From IMG/VR virus record IMGVR_UViG_3300046167_000114, positions 1 through 53,829 of that record: DNA of 53,829 nt, one strand, 5' to 3'. Both the position numbers and the translations under genes were made by a program. The notes under the pieces were generated by a model. The model had not been told where the DNA came from, did not search any database, and saw nothing but the letters and a program-made list of their open reading frames with translations. The stretch comes from a virus. Taxonomy: Duplodnaviria; Caudoviricetes. Each line of letters opens with the position of its first letter. Within the stretch, counting starts at the first letter, position 1. Of this stretch, positions 1 to 7,544 are shown in pieces.

Positions 1-223
1 CACGTACATCGTGGATGGGGGCACCGGCCCTCGCAGGGGGGTGGCATGATACCTTTTACCTTTTTTTGTGCTGATTTGTGCTGATTTCATTGCGTAAACC
101 ATTGAAAAGGCACGATTTTATAACTGATATGCAGTCCTTGAAATGCTGAAAACGTGAAATTTTAACGGCTTTTTTCATATGGGGCACGTTTCGCGGATTG
201 GATGCACAAAACCCCTACCCGTC

Positions 224-306
224 TCTTATTTGTGATCACAAAACAGCCACCCCTCTTTTAAATGTGATCACAAACCAGCAATCTCTTTTCATATGTGATC
301 ACAAAA
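224..306. repeat. Three phased copies of the perfect palindrome TGTGATCACA (231, 263, 294), each preceded by CTCTT and followed by AA
   Basis: Read directly; start-to-start spacing is 32 and 31 bp. Confidence 0.9.
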
Positions 307-312
307 GCGGCA

Positions 313-645
313 CCTATCCTTAACCTATCCCTTCGGATATAACATCTATCCTTTAGCCGGGGGAGCTATACTTTAGCCTGGTTGCGCTATACCGATGGAT
401 ATACGAGTGGCACAACGGGTTAGCTAAGGCTATATCCGCTGGTATATATAGCGCTCAGAGCCGCTCTAGAGGGGTCCACAGCGTCGAAAGCGCTTTCCCT
501 TATCCCGATACCTTAAAAAGCTTTAACCCCAAAAACATACCTATCGGATATACAAACTATCCTTTGGTATAGTGCTATATCCTTTTGGTTATAACGTTAT
601 ATCCTTTAGCCGGGCGGCAGCTATCCGTGCGCTACCCAAAGGTGT
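313..645. repeat. Array of degenerate TAT(A/T)CC-N3/4-GG(A/T)TA quasi-palindromes and TATCCTTTAG half-sites in the left non-coding end
   Basis: Copies near 326, 388, 431, 537, 557 and 576; the 15-mer TATCCTTTAGCCGGG is repeated exactly at 347 and 600. Confidence 0.75.
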
Positions 646-771
646 TGGCTTAGGTAATTGCGTATATAAAGCAAGGACAGGCGTATAGTTTGGCATTAGG
701 TGGGCTGGACAATGGCGCAAAACGGCGCAAATAATTCGGGACAATTTAACTTAAACAAGAGGAAAAACAAA

Positions 772-1683
772 ATGCTTATTTCAAAATTGACTAAAGGTTT
801 TAACGTAAACGGCTTCACTTCAAAAGCCGCAGCAATCCGCTATTTGAAAAGCAAGGGGCACAATATTTGCACCTTACTGGCGCAACCCGAAAGCAATCCA
901 AAAGTTGCAAAAAATGGCAAGGTTGTTGAGGTAATGACATGCGCCTTGCACCTTGCGCCGTTTAATTTGTCGGGTTTCCAAGTATGCGCCAAAGCTTCAC
1001 AAGGCTGCGCTGCAGCGTGTCTACATACTGCAGGAAACCCCGCATATATGGATCAGAAAGAGAAAAGCCGCATTGCTAAAACCCGCGCCTATTTTTTAGA
1101 GCGTGATGCATTTATGGCCGTTTTGTTCTTTGAAATGCTGGCCCACTATCGCAAGTATTTTGTGAAACAAGGCGTTGAAATTGCTTTTAGATTAAACGCC
1201 ACAAGTGATCTACCTTTTGAAAGCCGCAAGGTTACAATAGACGGTAAACCCGTTTTTCTCATGGAAGCTTTTGGCAAAATTCAATTCTATGATTATACGG
1301 CTTTTGATAAACGCGCTATTAAATTTGCAAAAGGTGACATGCCAAAAAACTATCATATTACGTTCAGCAAAAAAGAGGACAATGATCAAGAGGTTGCGCG
1401 GGTTCTTTGGCATGGTGGCAATGTTGCAATGGTGGCAACAAAAGAGGTCTATAAGCACGTTTTAGAGCAAGGTTATATTTCATTGCCAAGCCCAACGGGT
1501 GCCCCGATTAAATACAAAGCCGTTGACGGTGACGCGCATGATTTTCGCCCTATTGATCCAAGCAATAGCGTGATCATTTTAAAAGCAAAAGGTGACGCTA
1601 AAACCGACACAACGGGCTTCACTGTTCGCAAGCTTTACACCGGCAAAGCACAAACCCTAAGCGCTGCAATTGCTGCAGCGTAA
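772..1683 (+). CDS. GP88-like protein (atypical radical-SAM-like Cys motif), first early gene
   Basis: CAKASQGCAAACLHTAG (CX6CX3C), RLNATSD, FYDYT, YHITFS and DGDAHDFR motifs as in phage gp88-family proteins; strong RBS AAGAGG before ATG 772. Confidence 0.7.
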   Translation: MLISKLTKGFNVNGFTSKAAAIRYLKSKGHNICTLLAQPESNPKVAKNGKVVEVMTCALHLAPFNLSGFQVCAKASQGCAAACLHTAGNPAYMDQKEKSRIAKTRAYFLERDAFMAVLFFEMLAHYRKYFVKQGVEIAFRLNATSDLPFESRKVTIDGKPVFLMEAFGKIQFYDYTAFDKRAIKFAKGDMPKNYHITFSKKEDNDQEVARVLWHGGNVAMVATKEVYKHVLEQGYISLPSPTGAPIKYKAVDGDAHDFRPIDPSNSVIILKAKGDAKTDTTGFTVRKLYTGKAQTLSAAIAAA

Positions 1684-1709
1684 ACCTTAACTTAGCAAAG
1701 GAAAAAATC

Positions 1710-1919
1710 ATGGATCTAACATTTTCAACATATTGCCATATTGAGCGCCGCGCAGGTGGCGTGGGGCAACCTCCAAAGCGCTTTATTGAAGCCGTGCACG
1801 ATTGCTTAAAACCTCATAGAAAAACGCGGGTTGCGCGTGATCAACGTCATGAATTTATACGCGCCGTATTAGAAAAGCGCGAGCAATTGCTTGGCATGTA
1901 TGTCGACAATAGATTTTAG
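1710..1919 (+). CDS. Small basic early hypothetical protein
   Basis: ORF with AAAGGA RBS, tightly packed in the early operon. Confidence 0.75.
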   Translation: MDLTFSTYCHIERRAGGVGQPPKRFIEAVHDCLKPHRKTRVARDQRHEFIRAVLEKREQLLGMYVDNRF

Positions 1920-1937
1920 AATAAGAGGAAAAACAAA

Positions 1938-2221
1938 ATGCAAGTAGCGTTTAGAATAACCGGCTTATCAAACCGCGAAACCACGCGCGATGAAAAAATA
2001 GAATTTGCTAAGATAATTGCGTTCAAGCTTAGGTGCCCCGAGAAAAGTTTTCACACAAGCGCCCGCTTAAACGTGGTTCGCATAGTATCACACAAAAAAG
2101 CTTGGGTGATTTATTGGCGGCTTTTCCTGAAATGGATTTTGTGGCGCGTACAATTGAGGCGCATGAAATAAGCTTGAACGGCTTAGTGACGTTTAAGCTT
2201 GCAACAATGGGGGCAGAATAA
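1938..2221 (+). CDS. Early hypothetical protein (probably one gene split by an indel near 2070)
   Basis: RBS identical to gene 1; overlapping ORFs 1938-2171 and 2033-2221, the latter abutting the next ATG. Confidence 0.6.
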
Positions 2222-2440
2222 ATGCAAAATTTAACCATATACTTGCACAAGCAATTTGAGCATGGCAAAGCGCTTGCAATATTGGGCAGCAATATAAGCG
2301 CATATAATAAGCTTAAAGAGGCTAAACAATTAGCGCGAAAACTTGATTGCGTTATTGTCGGACGTGATTGCTTAGGCGGGTTGCGCTTTGAGATAAACCT
2401 AAACGCCCCGCGCCCGCATCAAGTTAAGGTGACAAAATGA
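2222..2440 (+). CDS. Early hypothetical protein
   Basis: Coupled TAAATG start and ATGA overlap with the next gene. Confidence 0.7.
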   Translation: MQNLTIYLHKQFEHGKALAILGSNISAYNKLKEAKQLARKLDCVIVGRDCLGGLRFEINLNAPRPHQVKVTK

Positions 2441-2658
2441 AAACCCCATTAAAAGCAATCCGCAAGGCGCAAGCATTAGAGCAATCGCTTGATCGTCAAG
2501 AGACAATGCTGCATTTATGGCGGTATAAAAAGCAAAAGAGGCGGGCGCGTTTAGCGCTTCGCTTCACCGATAAACCAAAAAAATATGGTGGGCATCTTGG
2601 TCTGTCATATGGATTGATGCGGCAACAAACAGGAGAAATAAAAGATGCAATACTTTAA
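2437..2658 (+). CDS. Small basic early hypothetical protein
   Basis: ATGA coupling; K/R-rich. Confidence 0.7.
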   Translation: MKTPLKAIRKAQALEQSLDRQETMLHLWRYKKQKRRARLALRFTDKPKKYGGHLGLSYGLMRQQTGEIKDAIL

Positions 2659-3097
2659 GAGAAAATATTTAATGCAAACGTCAAATAATCCTGACAATCC
2701 GCGCAAGAATATTTGCGGCTTGGCTATAGCTAAGATTTTAGGCGTCGAAGAAAAAACGCTTTACCTTCACACATGGCCGGATCTTAAACGTGCTATTGGA
2801 TCTTTGTATGGTTTCCGCAGCGTAAAGACTGCAGTGCATTGCAAAAAAGATAGTACGGTAGGAAGCTTGCGCGGCAAGATTGAAGAGCATTTCAAAACGC
2901 ACGGTGATGTAGTGCTTTATGTCGTGCGCGTTGAGGGCCATGTATTAGCGCTGGGGCCGCAAGGTCAAACGTGGGTGGATACTGCGAAGCGCAAACGTGA
3001 CAGGCGCAAGGTTCTAGACGTTTATGGCGTGTATTTGCCGGTTGGCAACGAAAAGAAATTGGCTGAAATTGCTAAAAGATGGGGCATGGATAGATGA
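2645..3097 (+). CDS. Early hypothetical protein (basic)
   Basis: AGGAG RBS; 150 aa ORF. Confidence 0.75.
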   Translation: MQYFKRKYLMQTSNNPDNPRKNICGLAIAKILGVEEKTLYLHTWPDLKRAIGSLYGFRSVKTAVHCKKDSTVGSLRGKIEEHFKTHGDVVLYVVRVEGHVLALGPQGQTWVDTAKRKRDRRKVLDVYGVYLPVGNEKKLAEIAKRWGMDR

Positions 3098-3315
3098 AAA
3101 CATTTACTTTTGAACAAGCCAAAGCTGCTTACTTTAATGAAGACGCAGCGGAGCTATCACTTGCCAGTGAACAGATGATTGATGATCTAGCTGTTTGGCT
3201 TGAGGATAATGGGTATGACAGCGAATACGTTTATCGGCTGCATGATTATGGGCTAGAGGAAATGCGCTGCTTGATGGCAGAGGCAGCGATAGAGTTTGCG
3301 GAGCATTTGAAATGA
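3094..3315 (+). CDS. Small acidic early protein
   Basis: ATGA coupling; 17 D/E vs 5 K/R. Confidence 0.75.
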   Translation: MKTFTFEQAKAAYFNEDAAELSLASEQMIDDLAVWLEDNGYDSEYVYRLHDYGLEEMRCLMAEAAIEFAEHLK

Positions 3316-3485
3316 GATTGACAGGTAAAAGCATGTGGTACGTTGCAACCACCAATGTTGCAAATGAGCAACACAATCAGAGCTGGTATCTTGATGTTGA
3401 ATTAGCGCTTGATCGTGTCAAAGAATTGGCCCTAAGTGGCTACAGGGTTATTATTGAAGAGGAGATTAACCATGTCGAATATTAA
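3312..3485 (+). CDS. Small hypothetical protein (57 aa, not in the ORF track)
   Basis: Hand-translated MRLTGKSMWYVATT...NHVEY*; ATGA-coupled and fills the gap. Confidence 0.6.
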   Translation: MRLTGKSMWYVATTNVANEQHNQSWYLDVELALDRVKELALSGYRVIIEEEINHVEY

Positions 3486-4197
3486 TGTAGATAAGTATGT
3501 CATCAGCCTGTACGATTACACAGGCGAGGCTCTCAAGCCGTGGGCAGAAGCAGGGTATAGCTGCCTTGCCTTTGATATACAGCACGACGATACAGTCACA
3601 GATGTGTATGGCAGCGGTGGCAGCATCAAGTATGTCAAAGCAGATCTGCATGACCAGAATGTGCTCAACAATATTGCTGTCAACCTGCAGTTTGAAAACG
3701 TTGTCTTTGGCATGGCCTTCCCTGTCTGTACAGATCTGGCTGTATCAGGTGCAGCACACTTCAAGCGCAAAGCAGAGAAAGACCCCGACTTTCAGATCAA
3801 AGCATCAAACTATGCAAAGATGTGTGCACAGCTATTTAATGAGCTTGGGGTGCCTTTCTTTATTGAGAACCCTGTCTCTAGATTGGCAACGCTGTGGCGC
3901 AAACCTGACCACTGCTTTCACCCGTATGAGTATGGTGGATACATCTGCAAGAGCAATGCTGAGCACCCAACATGGCCTGAGTATATTGCACCCCGTGATG
4001 CTTATCCTAAAAAGACATGCCTATGGACAGGTAATGGCTTTACTATGCCATACCGCTTACCAGTAGAGCCAGAGCAGGGCTACAGCAAGCAACATCGTAA
4101 GCTTGGCGGTAAATCAATGAAGACTAAGAACATACGCAGCGCAACGCCCCGTGGTTTTGCTAGTGCAGTGTATTATGCAAATGGAGTAACGGTATAA
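3472..4197 (+). CDS. Phage-type DNA (cytosine-5) methyltransferase-like protein (Dcm-like)
   Basis: Motif I-like SLYDYTG, catalytic-like FPVCT, motif VI IENPV, KKTCLW and RSATPRGF; GAGGAG RBS before ATG 3472. Confidence 0.75.
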   Translation: MSNINVDKYVISLYDYTGEALKPWAEAGYSCLAFDIQHDDTVTDVYGSGGSIKYVKADLHDQNVLNNIAVNLQFENVVFGMAFPVCTDLAVSGAAHFKRKAEKDPDFQIKASNYAKMCAQLFNELGVPFFIENPVSRLATLWRKPDHCFHPYEYGGYICKSNAEHPTWPEYIAPRDAYPKKTCLWTGNGFTMPYRLPVEPEQGYSKQHRKLGGKSMKTKNIRSATPRGFASAVYYANGVTV

Positions 4198-4400
4198 TGA
4201 ACATATCTAATGAAACATTTCTTGAGCTATCTGCAGAGATTGCAGAAGCATGGATGAATGACGCATACCTTGATGACATCTATGTTGAGGATGAGAACGG
4301 TGATGAGCGCTACACAGAAGAGGCGCAGGATCGGTTCAACGATATCTTAGATGAAGTGCAAGCCATCTTAGAGGGCTATGTAAGAGGGGTGACAGCATGA
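4197..4400 (+). CDS. Very acidic small protein (DNA-mimic candidate)
   Basis: 19 D/E, 3 R and 0 K in 67 aa. Confidence 0.75.
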   Translation: MNISNETFLELSAEIAEAWMNDAYLDDIYVEDENGDERYTEEAQDRFNDILDEVQAILEGYVRGVTA

Positions 4401-4579
4401 GATTAAATGAGCTTACAAGAGCCTTAGCTGCAGGTCTTAATGTGCGTTGGGCTAGTGATGGTTATAAAGTATACTGGCAAGATGACGTTATCTATGTCAC
4501 GTATGAACCTAACGGTTTCACTGGTGCCTTAGCTATAAGTGAAATAGAAGATTGCTATGTAAAAGAGGTGACAGCATGA
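4397..4579 (+). CDS. Small hypothetical protein flanked by duplicated junction sequences
   Basis: ATGA coupling at both ends. Confidence 0.7.
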   Translation: MRLNELTRALAAGLNVRWASDGYKVYWQDDVIYVTYEPNGFTGALAISEIEDCYVKEVTA

Positions 4580-4752
4580 AGGATCACTGGGTTATTAGAT
4601 ATGATGGCTTGTGTTGTGGTGAATGGGAGACAACATGGGAAGGGCATACTGATCTACATGATGCCGTTCAACATTTGAAAGAGCTAACAAAGGCTGGATG
4701 GCGTAATGTTTTTATGGAATATGATCCAGAACCAGAGGAGTATGAAGAATGA
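4576..4752 (+). CDS. Small acidic hypothetical protein
   Basis: Likely start MKDHW after the GAGGTG RBS. Confidence 0.65.
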   Translation: MKDHWVIRYDGLCCGEWETTWEGHTDLHDAVQHLKELTKAGWRNVFMEYDPEPEEYEE

Positions 4753-4961
4753 AAACCTATGATCTTAAATTGACGCATGAACAAGTGAGAACACTTCAAA
4801 CAATTCTTAATCAGGATATTGAAGATACTATGATTGCAGAGCCAGAGATTGAAGATTTTCACTGTACCCGTACAATGAGGTATTGGCTGCACAGAGCAGA
4901 AGTATTAGATGCACTCAATCAATTGCGTAAGCAAATAAGAGATGAGATCATTGATGCATAG
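4749..4961 (+). CDS. Hypothetical protein
   Basis: GAGGAG RBS; ATGA coupling. Confidence 0.7.
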   Translation: MKTYDLKLTHEQVRTLQTILNQDIEDTMIAEPEIEDFHCTRTMRYWLHRAEVLDALNQLRKQIRDEIIDA

Positions 4962-5166
4962 TTATTTGTATAGACTAGGCATTGCCACCTCTGTCTGGTT
5001 TAACGTACTGCTAGGCGGTTCATCGAACCAAACTTTCAGTGCACGTAACTATCAGTGGCAAAAAGATCACAGGTTTAACTTGGTATTTTTGATCGACTTG
5101 ATCTGTGGAAAAGGACATTGTATGACATGTTGGTCATATTGGATGATTAGAAAAGGAAAATGGTAA
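4954..5166 (+). CDS. Hypothetical protein (FNVLLGG..NQTFSARN...HC type phage family)
   Basis: ORF in the operon; motif resembles a common small phage protein; start uncertain. Confidence 0.6.
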   Translation: MHSYLYRLGIATSVWFNVLLGGSSNQTFSARNYQWQKDHRFNLVFLIDLICGKGHCMTCWSYWMIRKGKW

Positions 5167-5378
5167 TGACTAATCAAAAACAAACTATCTTGAAGCACCT
5201 TAAAACTGCAGGTTCAATCACAGTGCGTGAAGCGCTTATTGAATACAGCATCAGCAGCTTGACCAAGCGTATTCAAGAGATGCGTGAAGAGGGCTACGAC
5301 ATTCTATCTATGAAGAAGTGGCACCCTGTCACCAATCAACGGTATGTGCGTTACTACCTACAAGGTTCACCTAAATGA
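5160..5378 (+). CDS. Winged helix-turn-helix protein
   Basis: QxxxILxHL..GSITxxEA..Y.I..L..RI.E.R..GY.I pattern typical of small phage wHTH proteins. Confidence 0.75.
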   Translation: MVMTNQKQTILKHLKTAGSITVREALIEYSISSLTKRIQEMREEGYDILSMKKWHPVTNQRYVRYYLQGSPK

Positions 5379-5539
5379 CCTATCGTGTATGGCTTAGTGA
5401 TGCTAAAGGTTTTGACTTCTGTTACATCAGCACAAAGAACCGACTTGAAGTAGATAAATTATTGGAGAAGTATTCTAGATGGGAAAACGTCAAAGCAAGG
5501 GTGGAGAAGTATATACCCCGCGAAACTGCATATCAGTGA
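5375..5539 (+). CDS. Small hypothetical protein (54 aa, not in the ORF track)
   Basis: Hand-translated MTYRVWLSDAKG...ETAYQ*; ATGA-coupled. Confidence 0.55.
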   Translation: MTYRVWLSDAKGFDFCYISTKNRLEVDKLLEKYSRWENVKARVEKYIPRETAYQ

Positions 5540-5547
5540 GGAAGCTT

Positions 5548-5682
5548 ATGTATTCTCTGAAAAGGCAGATAGATGATCTAGAGTGGGAAGGTGACTTTAA
5601 GCGCGCTGATTTCCTACGCAAAGATCTTGCCCATGTAACTGAGTTAGATAAGAAAGGTGATGTATGGTTCCCTTCATTTTAA
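5548..5682 (+). CDS. Small hypothetical protein
   Basis: GAGGA RBS before ATG 5548 (MYSLKRQIDDLEWEG...). Confidence 0.6.
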   Translation: MYSLKRQIDDLEWEGDFKRADFLRKDLAHVTELDKKGDVWFPSF

Positions 5683-5792
5683 AGTATAGCATCGTGTTAT
5701 TAATCTGTGCTGCTTACATAATTGGTTTTGTTGCTTTGATGTTTACTAGCCATGAGGAGCTAAGCAGTGCAAAGCGAAAAGGATTGCGATAA
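5664..5792 (+). CDS. Small single-pass membrane protein (42 aa)
   Basis: Hand-translated MVPFILKYSIVLLICAAYIIGFVALMF...; AAGGTG RBS. Confidence 0.5.
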   Translation: MVPFILKYSIVLLICAAYIIGFVALMFTSHEELSSAKRKGLR

Positions 5793-5857
5793 CCCTCACG
5801 ATGATGCATCACATTGGGCGGGCAACATGCCCCCCAGTAAAAAAGGAGACAAGGATA

Positions 5858-6766
5858 ATGAGAAAAGTAAAGATCCCAAAGGCGACAGAAAAGGTAAGTA
5901 AACTTATTGACTACTACCTGCACAGCCCTGCCTTTGCTAAGCTCAGCCCTCGCAGCCAGAAAGATTATGAGTATCACTTGGCTAGAGTTAATAAATCTAT
6001 TGGCAGTAAGGCTATCGAAGATGTTACAGCCGGTATGCTAAACAAATCCTATGAGAAGTGGGAACAAGATCACGGCATACGCACAGCTAATTACACAAAG
6101 TCTGTACTGTCTAGGGCATGGAAGTACAGCATGTCCAAGGATGTCATGCGACATAACCCTGTGAGTCTCATAGAGACTAGCACAGAACGTAAAACAAAGA
6201 CCAAGTGGGATCGGGCATCTGTAAAGACCTTCCTCACTACAGCGTACAGCCAGTGGCGTTGGCGCAGCATTGGGTTGATTGTTCACATGGCATATGATTG
6301 GGGTCAACGTACTGGTGACATGCGTACCCTGACATGGGATGCATTAGATCTGGATCAATGCCGCATGGATCTAACACAATCTAAGCGGGGCGCAGATGTG
6401 CACCTGCCTATCAGTCAGAACCTCTGCAAGATGTTACGTGAGCAACACAAAGATTTTGGCTTTCAAGATTACGTTGCACCAAAGGTATCACTGGATCGTG
6501 GGCAGGTTAGACGCTACGGCTTGAATGAAATAGCGCCTCTTATCAATGAGGTACTGGACGAAGCTAATCTACCTAGAGAGCTTACAGCTATGTCGCTGCG
6601 CCGTACTGCCGTTACTGAAATGATGGAAGCAGGGGTTGACCTAGTGGGTATCATGCAAGTAACAGGGCATGTGAACCCTGCATCATTGAAGCCTTACATG
6701 GTCAATACATTCAGTGGTGCAAGCAGAGCTTTAGCAGCAAGAGGTAACGATGATGAAGATTCGTAA
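5858..6766 (+). CDS. Tyrosine recombinase/integrase-family protein
   Basis: GQR, QSK, (M)SLRRT, TGH and KPY catalytic-motif positions; N-terminal core-binding region. Confidence 0.85.
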   Translation: MRKVKIPKATEKVSKLIDYYLHSPAFAKLSPRSQKDYEYHLARVNKSIGSKAIEDVTAGMLNKSYEKWEQDHGIRTANYTKSVLSRAWKYSMSKDVMRHNPVSLIETSTERKTKTKWDRASVKTFLTTAYSQWRWRSIGLIVHMAYDWGQRTGDMRTLTWDALDLDQCRMDLTQSKRGADVHLPISQNLCKMLREQHKDFGFQDYVAPKVSLDRGQVRRYGLNEIAPLINEVLDEANLPRELTAMSLRRTAVTEMMEAGVDLVGIMQVTGHVNPASLKPYMVNTFSGASRALAARGNDDEDS

Positions 6767-7544
6767 ATATGTAGGTGATCTATGCCTGACTACGGGTGAG
6801 AACCATCGTGGTAACTGTCCTGTGTGTGGTGGGCGTAATACGTTCACTGCAACCAACGACAATGGTGTAGTAAAATATAACTGCTACAAAAATACCTGCA
6901 CTATCGGTGGTTTTATCCACACTGATTTGACTGCTGCAGAAATAATGATGATTATGCGACAAACTGCAGAGCAAAAACGACATAGGGAGAAAGAGACTAT
7001 GGAGATACCACAGTATGTGGTGAAGCCTATGCCTACGCATCTAAAGTTTAACAGGTTTGTAAGGCGCTGGGGTTTAGCGATAGATAATTTACTTTATGAT
7101 GTTAAGGATGAGCGTGTTGTATTTCCGATACACCACAAGGGGCGCATGGTAGACGCTATCGGTAGGGCTGTAGGTAACACGCAGCACCCTAAATGGTATC
7201 GCTACACTGGCAAAGCTGACTACTACACGATAGGTACAGGGTCTGTCCTATTTATTGTTGAAGATGTTGTGTCAGCTATCGTTGCATACCAAGAGTTTCC
7301 ACATATAACTAGCATGGCTATTCTTGGTACTCAATTAACAGACAAACATATGGAGAAGATAGGTGAATATAATAGGGTTGTTATTGCTCTTGATCCTGAC
7401 GCTATAGATAAGACTATCAAGTACAGGTCAGAGATACAGGCATGGACAGGGCTACGCACTATGGCTTACATGCTAAACGACGATGTTAAATACAGAGTAG
7501 AAGATGACATGGAAAAGTTAGAAGGAATGTTGAACAATGATTAA
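6750..7544 (+). CDS. DNA primase (Zn ribbon + TOPRIM)
   Basis: CPVC...CYKNTC; VED and ALDPDA TOPRIM acidic motifs. Confidence 0.85.
   Translation: MMKIRKYVGDLCLTTGENHRGNCPVCGGRNTFTATNDNGVVKYNCYKNTCTIGGFIHTDLTAAEIMMIMRQTAEQKRHREKETMEIPQYVVKPMPTHLKFNRFVRRWGLAIDNLLYDVKDERVVFPIHHKGRMVDAIGRAVGNTQHPKWYRYTGKADYYTIGTGSVLFIVEDVVSAIVAYQEFPHITSMAILGTQLTDKHMEKIGEYNRVVIALDPDAIDKTIKYRSEIQAWTGLRTMAYMLNDDVKYRVEDDMEKLEGMLNND

Noticed and set aside
1-90. Terminal direct repeat, G-rich tract and the TTGTGCTGAT tandem at 66-85
   Set aside because: No match to the right end, which stops inside a gene; the short repeats are too small to interpret.
513-527. CtrA box (TTAA-N7-TTAAC)
   Set aside because: The spacer is 6 bp as given (TTAA-aaagct-TTAAC). 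A homopolymer error could hide a real box, but that cannot be supported from this sequence.
224-645. Left-end repeats as a CRISPR or mini-array
   Set aside because: The repeats are only 10-16 bp, degenerate and (second array) irregularly spaced; there is no cas operon, and the Cas4-like nuclease is the ordinary phage exonuclease.
700-771. GTG start at 700 for gene 1
   Set aside because: The strong RBS lies directly before ATG 772 and is duplicated before another gene.
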